In this document: positions 54,701 through 64,000 of the stretch, piece after piece | Position numbering within the stretch: position 1 is the stretch's first letter | Layout: the number at the start of each line of letters is the position of its first letter | Assembly: GCA_965285935.1 (NCBI GenBank) | Contig: OZ260661.1 | Location: 45,632,001-45,696,000 of the forward strand | Direction of reading: 5' to 3' | Length of the DNA stretch: 64,000 nt | Source: Ophelia neglecta | Taxonomy: Eukaryota | Notes under the pieces: generated by a model | What the model saw: only the letters and a program-made list of their open reading frames with translations | Told to the model about the DNA's origin: nothing | Databases searched by the model: none | Position numbers and translations under genes: made by a program

Positions 54701-57700
54701 TTCACGCTTTCTTATAGACAAGAAAATAGCCCTCTGTATTACACATAAAACACTTCGTACACTTGTAGGAGTAGGCCTACATGTATGCTTTGGTTCTCGT
54801 TTGAAGCGTACACCTTCGTATCCTCGGCCACGATAGTTACGTTTGACTCTGGATTACTAAGGGTTTCGTTCTTCCATAGCTCACTTGGCTGTATTTGAAT
54901 CTGATATTAGCAATATTTTGTATTGGTAGTCTACCTTTGGCCTATTAATGTCGGTTGGGACACAGTTTCAATATTTGTCAGGGCTGTATTCAATCGTTCA
55001 GGGCCTGGTTCGGTGGTAGGTGGAAGCAAATGTTGTACAAACAGTCAAATGGTTTGGGAATAATTTCACTGAATATTAGTCGATGACGGAATAGTTATGG
55101 AATAGTTTCACTGAATCGTTATCTATAACACGCAAATATGTTATTATATTGTCTTAATTGTCTAAATGTAGAAAACTCGATCCGGGGGAAAATCAGTATA
55201 TCAAGGATTTGCGCAGTGGCTGGCATATGTTTTTTCTGCAGTTCGGCTATGGTACAGGACTTTCGTCTCCCAAAAATATAGCACCTCACATATAAAGTTA
55301 TAAACTGCTCTGATTGATAGAAAACCGATGTTGACAGCAATTGTTGGCGCTGTCTGAATCATGGTTCATGGTATTCAGTCAATATAATAATAAATAGTCG
55401 TACTTTGAACTCTGCTTAAAGCGTCAATCAAATCAGATATACCGATAATGTGGCAAGACGTCGGCCGAGTAACAAACTTGTGCCTCTAGAGAAATGACTG
55501 ATTATTAGCATATAGGCCCTATAGAATCTACAGGAAATTGTCTTTTAAATCTTGTAATCCATTATAATTATATACGTATCGTTTGACTTACTTGCGTTGA
55601 TTTTAATCGTATCAAAATGGAAGCATTATGGACCGAATTAAGGACCGCCAGTTGGTAAATGGTTACCTAAAACATTATCAAGGTTAAAAAATGTCAAAGA
55701 TAATTAAATATTCCTCTTTTCGAAAAATTAACACAATGAATACATTATAGAATATAAACGCATTTGAATTAGGCATATAATCTTAACGTTGATCGAATGC
55801 TAGTGTTAACATTAAAATGTATGATATTTATATAGTTCAGTTTCAATCTAAGACTTTTAATCCCACATAGCTAGACCAAATAGCAACAGAAATAAAATTT
55901 TGTGCAAAAGGAAACAAATTTGGAGAAAACTACTTGCGCCATATTAGAAATAGGATCCTATTTTGTCACTAAGTCTTGTGTCCCAAAAAACGAGTCATGC
56001 CATGAATTATTTTGATCATATATTTCATCTTAACTTAAATCTTTTGTTTAATATATTATTCCATGATTCAATATTCAGGCTTTTGATTATGAATAGTTAT
56101 TCAATATATTTGTGTCTATCATATTAGCCCTATTATATTCATCCATGGTCGGCCTATCCGCCAGAAGGCGGCCTCGGTATGGTTTATTTGTTTATATATT
56201 CAGTGAATTTCTATATTCCGGGTTGCCCAATCACTTCGAAACACTCATATCCAAACCAATTGTCTCTTCTATCAGAGTCATTGCCAGATACTCGTTCTGC
56301 GAGACTATTTAACTCGGGCGTTGCGCAGGTTGGATTCGCTTTCGCGTCAGGTTAAAGTCAAACGCGAGTCAGTTGACTCGTAAAAAAATCATTGGGAGTC
56401 AAGAATCCAAACCAGAGTCAATTGACCAGAGTCAGCTTAATAACATGCAGAATACTCATACTGCGAGTCAATTGGACTCGAGTATTGCACCAGGTCGACT
56501 CGTCTCAGCGTCTATCCTGAATGGCCTCGAACCGAACGAGAGTCAATTCACCGAGCACGCGCAACTGCTTTCTCTCAAGGCGGGAAATTTTGTGGCGTTT
56601 GGATCATGCGGTCGTAAAGATCATTGTAAGTACAACTTAATATTGTAAACCTTAGGTCAAGTATTGCGATATTGGCGTGCTTCTGATTTTATGGGAATTC
56701 ATATATCAGCATGCTTTAACATAAAATTAGAATATGGAAGAAACGAGCCTAAAATTGAAAAAAACAAGTAAAGTGTAAACTCTGTTTAGACGGTGTGCAA
56801 CCCTCAGCTCTAGTTCAGATGAGTGCATTTTCGAAGCAGGTATCCTGTTATATTCTATCTATTTTTGCAGATGTGTTGGCTCTAGGATAACAGACATCAT
56901 TTGGTTACGATCTGGAGGATTATGTGAACCATGCTGGCATAACATTGTTGTTTATAAAACGTTTATGATATATTATGACCTAAACAAATCAATTAATTTC
57001 TGGCGCCATATCTGTATTGGCCCATGAGATGCTGCAGATTTTCATACAGTGCAAATTCATAATATTCTTTTTAAAGAATAAGGAAATGTTTACAGTTCAT
57101 TGATAGTTAAAATTACAGAGGTTTGTTGGCATTGTTGATTCCTTTCGGGTTCAGTAGCAGCACCTGTGACCCTGTTGCAGACGTCCTCACTCCGATGAAG
57201 AGTCCAAATGACTCTGCTAAAGAGTGAAATGAATGTTGTCAATGGTCAAAATGTGTTTTATATATATTTTTCATAAGTGTCAAAATGACCCTGGTTAGAG
57301 TCAAAATGACCCTGCTTAAAAGTCAAAATCACTTTTAAGAGTCAAATGACTGTGGTGTAGAGTCACTATATGTTTTATAAGAGTCCCAATGACTCTGGTT
57401 AGAGTCTAGTTGACTCTGGTTAGGAATCAAATTGACTCTATTAAAAGAGTCACTATAGAATTGGCGGGGGTCAAAAAATGGACCCTGGCACAATGTAGCA
57501 ATAAGCTTGTTAAACTCGCTCGGGAAGACACAAGTGTTATACTCAATCCTGATGCAATGCTTTAAGTTACCAATGGACACAGCCACTACAAGTTTCGTAA
57601 GTTGACTTCAACAGTAAGGATCTCAAGTAGGTTAACAGAACTCGACTATTGTGTATAAGACGTTAATTTTATAATCCTATATATTTCTCTTTCGACGCAA

Positions 57701-60700
57701 TGCGCTTTTAGTTATAGAACCCAGAGAGCTAAATAAATCGTATAATTTGTATATTAATGATAATAATAATAATAATAATGGTATAGCGTTAGCTTTGTCA
57801 ATTCCGTACATATGTAACAAACTTATTTCTATTACAATTTTGTCTAGGTTTAGCCTTAGATTGACTGAACTATACACGTTATTGTTTTAACATTTTTGGA
57901 GTATCCTTTTTGACATTAATTTATATACTTGTCCTTCCAGATTGTAGTTCGGTGCTCCCGCCACCAAATTGTAGGAGTCCTTTGTATCGCTCAAGATATT
58001 ACCAGTCGTGATTGCGTAGCCTTGGCGACAATTAGAGACATAATGAAGTAAATTCACGTAGTATCATGATGTTTCTGCTGATAAATAATACTAAGTAGAC
58101 AAAACAAAAATATTAAAGGAATAAAAAAAATTGTCATTTGAGCAACGAAATAGTTTTTTTGCTGCTTACCCTATTTAGTCCACTTTTTATATTGCTAACT
58201 TCTCTATCTCCGCAAATAATAAACTCGTCTCGGTTTTTACTCTACCCCTTATTTAAATCCCTCTGAAAGGATGGTTTATTATTGTTTCGAGAAAAAATTA
58301 TGTATAGTGGAATGCCAGCTTCAGACAACAGCGTGTCTTTTCAGTGCAATTGCATGTTCATTTGGTTTGATAATGCACAGGGCATTATCAAACATACTAC
58401 TTCGTTGTACCAGATTGACCAACAAAATTGAACGGAATTTAGACAAAAAAAATCCTTCGAACGACAGCGTTCGCTTAGAAAATATTCTCGGTTCTACCTG
58501 GCGTCGAGCCTTATCTGGCTGCCATTCGAGGGGTTAAATCAGTAAATAAAACATATCTATATTAGCTATCCGTCTTAAGAAGATTTAATGCATCTGATTT
58601 TGTTTTCTTACCTAGGTAGCTGCTATTTTCCTGCGCCGAATACGGTATATTGCGTATAGGGTATGGGCTCCGAGCAGGCCTAAAATCTGGTGTGTACACG
58701 ACTATGCCTCCTGGTATACGTATAAATAACATTAACATTCACAAGAGAACGGTATTTGAACGTAAGTGAAAGGAAGGTTCAGATTGATTGTCAACTCTTG
58801 AATAAGTATGTTGTGGTTTATTTTGTTAATAGATAATTTTGCCCCTTAGTTAATATTAAATTATAATTAAGTCACTAAGCTGTAGTTTTTACTTGTTACC
58901 TTATCTTTTTCGATTAGGCCTAGCGATTTCGTTATTACAGATCACTTTTAACCATGACAGTGTTTTTAAATGAATTTAAGTAATAAGGATTACCAGAAGC
59001 TTCAGTGGAAGGCTGCGAATAACCTGGTCTACTGATGTATATTTTATCGTCCTGTAAATTGAAGTTAAGTTTCAGACAGTGGATCATCACCATATAGCAC
59101 TGCCGTAGCCATACCTTGGGAATGGACTAATGTTCACCCTTTAAGGGATCTGGGAGAATTATGCCCAAATTTGGATTCTTTGTTAAATGGCTGAGACAAC
59201 AATTTTGCACTGAATTTCGGCAAATAAACTATTGAAAAAGTGACTTTCTTTAACAGGTTACCAAGGAGAAGGGCGCGTTCGAATGCCTCGATAAAGTACC
59301 CCCCACCCTCAACCCCTAGTAGAATTTTGGACCCGGCCCATGTGTATAGTCGCCAATGATCTTTTAAACAGTAAGTATAATAATAGCGAGATATACTATA
59401 CTTTAGCCACATGGACTGCCATCCCAGACAAGTCAAATAGAGGTCCATACTTTGAGAACCGGATTGTTATGGTGTTCCCTGCTTGCAGATGTCCTTCGTG
59501 TATGTAACAGATTCCATTTGGGGGCATGATGTCGGTTCTTTTGTGTACAATTTGAAAGTTGTTTCTCCACAGATGTCCGCATGCCTGTAAAATCGTTTGA
59601 AAATTCTAATAACCTATATTAATAAAATAACGAGGTCCAAGCCTCTGTTATTGTGCAGAAAAATCAGGATTAGCGTCTCAGGGTCTTCAGTTTTAATGAG
59701 TGATAGCTAACATATCGTCCCTGTGCCATTTTGTTTTTGAGCCTCGACGGGTCATTACAAAGAGCAAAACTGAAGAAAGAACAGATAGCTTTGGGAGGCG
59801 AACCCGTCATCTTATCGCCTGCGAAAAAGCTGTAACATCGCTTGCAAGCCCTGCGTCTTAACCATTCACCCGAAGGGGCCGGTGGCGGACACGTATGCAC
59901 TTAAGTGATAGAATGGTCACACAGAATACGGAAATGTTATTGACTTTTTTTTATGTAGGCCTACCTCTGCTTTTTGAAGAAACTATCCGTTAGATACTTG
60001 AATGCGTAGCCAGAAAATTTATCTTATACTATTGCACATATAAAAACATGCACGATACCGTTATAGGCCTATGGTGGTCATGTAGTGTAAGTATTCTCTC
60101 ATGGGTGTGCAGTGGTATCAGCAATAAACGATATTATATCTAAACAGAACCTAGTGGTGGTGGGGTGCGTTGGGGTGAAAGAGGGGACGAATATGCTTAA
60201 ATTTTAAAGTTTTTTAAATAATTTTTTTTTCTATTAACCAGGGAGGGCAAGGCTAGGAGGAGGAAGGTTAGGGAAGGGTGCTGATAGAGCAATTGAGGGG
60301 AGTGTCTGAAACATAAACCTATGACTGCGGATGGTTTGGGGAAGAAAGGGGGGGGGCTCCATTGACGGGGGTTTAAATGATTAATAGATGAGATGATGAA
60401 TTGGGGGGAGGGCGTATAGTGATGTGTAGGCATTAAGTTGTTGCTGAGAAAGAAAGTGCTGCTAAGAGACTCAGGGGATTGAAAGTGAACTAAGCTAACG
60501 GGTCTTTCTAGTGGGCCAAATAAAGAAAGGGAAACATATGGTGATGCCAATTATAATACTGTGGGGGAGATAATCAGCTCCTTTATGCTAACCTCGGGCC
60601 TGTTGTTAGACATTGATATGCGACCAAGGTTTTCTCTCAAATATTGACACACGACACAATTCAATTCCTCGACCCTATAATTATGACACTGACATGTAAT

Positions 60701-61714
60701 TATTGACACAAGACACTAGTTTGTACTTGAATATTGACAAACCACCGTTGGACTTCCTTAAGGTTTACACAAACTTTAGTTTGCTGAAACATTGGACTGC
60801 ATCCGTCATTCATTATCGAAATAAACTAGAAACTCACTATCATTCGGGAAGAGGCACCGGATCTGGCGTCAAGCGAAACTCCTAAAAACTGACCATCTTT
60901 GACATCAGCCCACTTTGAATTGTCAGAATTGCCTGTAAGTATTGTTTAAATTACAGAAGAACAGCATAGGAAATAGAAGGAAACTGAAGAGAAATGTAGA
61001 CAAACTGGTCACAGTTAATAAATAAAATTCAAAATGTGTTGATAGCCCAATACAGTAAAACCTGCCCTAAAGACCACCTCTATAATTAGACCACCTGCCA
61101 ATTCAGACCACTGATATGAGGACCATGCTGTATGTTATCATTGTTAAATAACCTGTCTAAACAGACCACTTTTGAAATCAAACCAATATTTTCCAGTCCC
61201 TTTGATGGTCTTAATTCACATGTTTCACTGTATATACAATTAGGGACTTTTTTTTTATAGATTTTTGGATCCAGCCAGCTACAAAGAATAAGATATTTCG
61301 AAGTAGATATCTTGCCATACCTGTAGTGTCCAGCGCAATCTGACTACAGGCCAGATGTGATAGGCTGCCGAGGGGACACTTGTATATCACTCCTGGGGAC
61401 ACTAAGGTCGGCTGTGCAGAAGAGTTGGCTCGGGGAGCACCTACCAGCAGCCTACAAATACGTATATTAAATAGATTTTTAAACATTGTAATCCGTCCAG
61501 TAATTTATTTCATTGTGTGTTGAACATTTTAAGTTACCGACCATGATGAATTTCCGGGAATCGTGTAAGCGGCAAGAGAAAATCCCAAAAAACTTCCTGC
61601 TGGTCCCTTGTAACTTAGGGGAACACCATAAAGATCAATATTATAGGCATTAACAACGCAAAACAGTCCAAAAACAATGGCTGCCCTCCTCCACTGTATA
61701 GTACAAGCCATCAT
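47506..61714 (-). CDS. Integrin alpha subunit, alpha4/alpha9-like, paralog A (21 exons, ~1055 aa, no I-domain)
   Basis: Hand-spliced exons with GT-AG introns and frame preserved: 61714-61542, 61451-61321, 60932-60838, 59584-59402, 59051-58994, 58710-58612, 58020-57929, 55666-55592, 54193-54056, 53824-53722, 53439-53254, 52761-52546, 52444-52293, 51994-51851, 51738-51278, 51118-50923, 50748-50623, 49844-49716, 49002-48916, 48031-47915, 47712-47506. Signal peptide then YNID; FG-GAP repeats (LLVGAP, VAGAP, FVGAP, VVGAPYE); Ca loops DVNGDG, DLDGDG, DIDGNG; RSRPVI thigh start; TM VPWWVIIVSGVAGIILFIILIIVLMK; KMGFFRR tail. Confidence 0.93.
56310..57490. mobile_element. Probable non-autonomous DNA transposon with subterminal GAGTCA/TGACTC arrays (intron 7 of A)
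   Basis: Dense GAGTCA/GACTC repeats at both ends (56360-56550 and 57200-57475) around AT-rich filler; true termini not resolved. Confidence 0.5.
58253..58538. mobile_element. Possible piggyBac-type MITE (intron 6 of A)
   Basis: TTAA-bounded, imperfect inverted ends ttaaatccctctgaaagg / ccattcgaggggttaa. Confidence 0.4.
61053..61230. mobile_element. Tc1/mariner-pogo-type MITE, same family as 32286-32448 (intron 2 of A)
   Basis: TA|CAGTAAAACCTG...CATGTTTCACTG|TA; internal sequence colinear with the other copy. Confidence 0.82.
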
Positions 61715-61851
61715 CCGAAGATTAATTGTCCTGTCCCCAAATCTGACAATTGATGTGTGGCATTATCACTTTTTTATACGAAGTCGACTCAATCAAGAAT
61801 TTTTAGTAAATCAAACCACTTAGACAAGTGGGAAATACAGATGTGTCCATG

Positions 61852-61927
61852 TGCCACGGAATGGATTTTAAAAGTGGTCACGTGTCAATCGAACTCATAT
61901 TAGGTCCACAATGTCGACATTTACTAT
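61852..61927 (-). promoter_or_regulatory. Conserved upstream block shared by paralogs A and B
   Basis: tgccacggaatg...tcga(a/g)ctcat...tccaca(a/g)tg...atttact occurs ~140-210 bp upstream of the ATG in A and at 42557-42630 in B. Confidence 0.45.
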
Positions 61928-62094
61928 CAAGAGTGCAAACTTATCTCATTCGCGTAGAATATTTCACGAGCATTTGCGTTTAAACTTCAAAATATATAGT
62001 GTGTCTTTCACAAAATGATAGACCGAGTATAAGCGAATGATAGCAGAATTTAAGGTCTTTGATGTATGGGGTACAATGCCTGCCAATATTCTAT

Positions 62095-62375
62095 TGTGAT
62101 ATTCAACATTACATTATGCAACATGATTATCCTATTATGTATTATGAATATGTCATTATGCAACATGATAATCCTATAATGTATTATGAACATGTCATTA
62201 TGCAACATGATAATCCTATGTATTTTGAACATTTCATTATGCAACATGATAATCCTATTATATATATTATGATAGTGTCATTGTGCAACATGACAGACGT
62301 ACAATCGTATCATGAACATGTCATTACGCAACATGACAATCATATAATGAATTCTGAATATGTCAATATGCAGCA
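62095..62375. repeat. ~42-bp minisatellite (CATGTCATTATGCAACATGATAATCCTATAATGTATTATGAA) upstream of A
   Basis: About 6 degenerate tandem units; gives rise to the spurious ORF 62059-62499. Confidence 0.85.
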
Positions 62376-62679
62376 TTGTACACATTTATTCTGCATTCTA
62401 CATGTACATTATGGCTATTCCATTTTGTTACGTGCTCCGTGTATTACGGCACTGCTGACATTCCATTACGCTATTCACAAGTGTATTTTCATTATCTAAT
62501 TTACATTATGTTATTTGTATTATGAACGGTGCATCATGTAAAATGCCATTCTCGGTGTGCCATTATGTTAGTTCTACTTCGTATTATGAAAAGTCTCATT
62601 ATGATGCACGAGGGCGCCACCAATCGATTTAAGTCGCCGGTTTTTGTGGTAGAACCTAAACCCCGGAGGTAATTCGGCG

Positions 62680-62775
62680 GAGCTATGCACTTACATGTAT
62701 AAGCTCCGCGGGCCGCGAAGCTATGCACTTACATGTATAAGCACAATCTCGCGGAGCTGTGCACTTACATGTATT
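62680..62775. repeat. Three copies of GAGCTATGCACTTACATGTATAAG
   Basis: Seen at ~62680, ~62718 and ~62754. Confidence 0.8.
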
Positions 62776-64000
62776 AGATTATTGAAAGCGCGGAGGTCCC
62801 GGAGGTAGACTTGTAATCTCATATGCCGGGATTTTAAGCCAAATGTTTCTTCTTTGCGGGTTCAGCTTTTGGATTTTTTTTTGCATGCCTGATATAAATT
62901 CATACAACTGCTCCCGAGTAAACTTGAAGCAGCCAATGTGGCTTTATATTACAAAGGTCGCAAAACGTCAAAGACACCATATTTTTGACAGCCGGCTGAC
63001 GTAGATGTGCCAGGGTTTTTATGTTTTCTTGTGTCTATTCGTTTACAATTTTTTTTATGTATGCCATTCAAATGGACGTAATAGTATGCCATTTAAATAT
63101 GCATTATAGTATGCGATTGAAATGTGCTTTAACCAAAGTTTGATCGATCCTTGTTTCATTCAGTTTCAAACCACACCGACCAGCCATAAATGATTCCTCA
63201 CATATTTCGATATTAGTCAGATATATGTATCATTGGAAAGAAAGTGTGTTGGATTTTTCTTTCTAGAAAATAAAAATCAACACAAAAGTTCAAAACAATA
63301 TCTTACACCTTTTATCATCTATCACATTTAGGAACACATTTTTTGCTTGTCCATGTGCTCCTTTTGTAATTCTTTAACAGGGCATCTATGTTCCCTTTTC
63401 ACATTTTCTGGGACCATTATGTCCCATATTCTTCATAAAGAGAAAATACCAATTTAATGAGTAAATTGGTTATGACTGATTTGTACCTTTATTAACATTT
63501 CTTTCTATGTGTGGCATATCATCCAATGTGCCTCACAGTCAAAACAGTTTTTTTTTGTAGAAATATGAAGCAACAAAAACCAAAACTGTCATAAACATAT
63601 TGAAATTTTGTAGAATGTTTATATAGCACAAAGAGTTTTGTTTCTTTCATCAGCAAGGTGTTGGTGCTTCTAAGGAATAATTGGCAAACACACCCAATGC
63701 TCAATTGCCTCTTAGTTGGTGACACAGTTTAATGTGTTAAAACAATAATCCACCAATGAATGAACACTAACTTCAAAGTTTAACCTGCCACGTGCCTCCC
63801 ACCCTCCCCCGTCCACTCCTCCCGTCATGGGTCCTATCTTAGCCCCTCGTTCTCAGAGAGGTGTTGCACCATTAGAGTCCACAGTAAATGAAAACAAAAT
63901 AATTCATTTGAAACTGTTTGAAGCATTAAATATAATGATTAATTGTGATGAAAAAATATAAACTTTTATTCCCCCTTACCAGCCCAAAGAGTAAGACATG

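Noticed and set aside
2448-61714. One gene with mutually exclusive exon cassettes (Dscam-like)
   Set aside because: Each unit has its own ATG and signal peptide, and A-C have their own TM exon and stop, so these are separate genes. Identical phases would still permit rare read-through chimeras.
62059-62499. 146-aa His/Met/Tyr-rich ORF
   Set aside because: Product of the 42-bp minisatellite; no independent coding evidence.

Overview
Eukaryotic (intron-rich, AT-rich, probably marine invertebrate; taxon is inference only) genomic DNA. It is dominated by a head-to-tail tandem array of four integrin alpha-subunit paralogs on the minus strand, named here A (61714-47506), B (42397-29646), C (25956-15805) and D (11297 to at least 2448, 3' part not in window). 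I reconstructed A, B and C by hand as intact 21-exon genes (about 1055, 1058 and 1043 aa) with identical intron phases; D shows 14 intact exons. All lack an I-domain and carry alpha4/alpha9-type signatures: YNID mature N-terminus, ACGHLWRN...PxGICY, three DxDxDG Ca2+ loops and KxGFFRR. The array looks like a diversifying receptor system. Propeller exons 4-6 and 8 are hypervariable with in-frame indels, while other exons are homogenised in a patchwork suggesting gene conversion. All complete copies carry an unusually long cytoplasmic tail ending in a conserved EKAxMExYVSAVMKK motif. Intergenic and intronic DNA holds a young 5'-truncated RTE-X-like LINE, several CR1/L2-type fossils (one apparently co-duplicated with the genes), MITEs, minisatellites and a 417-bp near-perfect tandem duplication. 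Nearly all other ORFs in the track are spurious.
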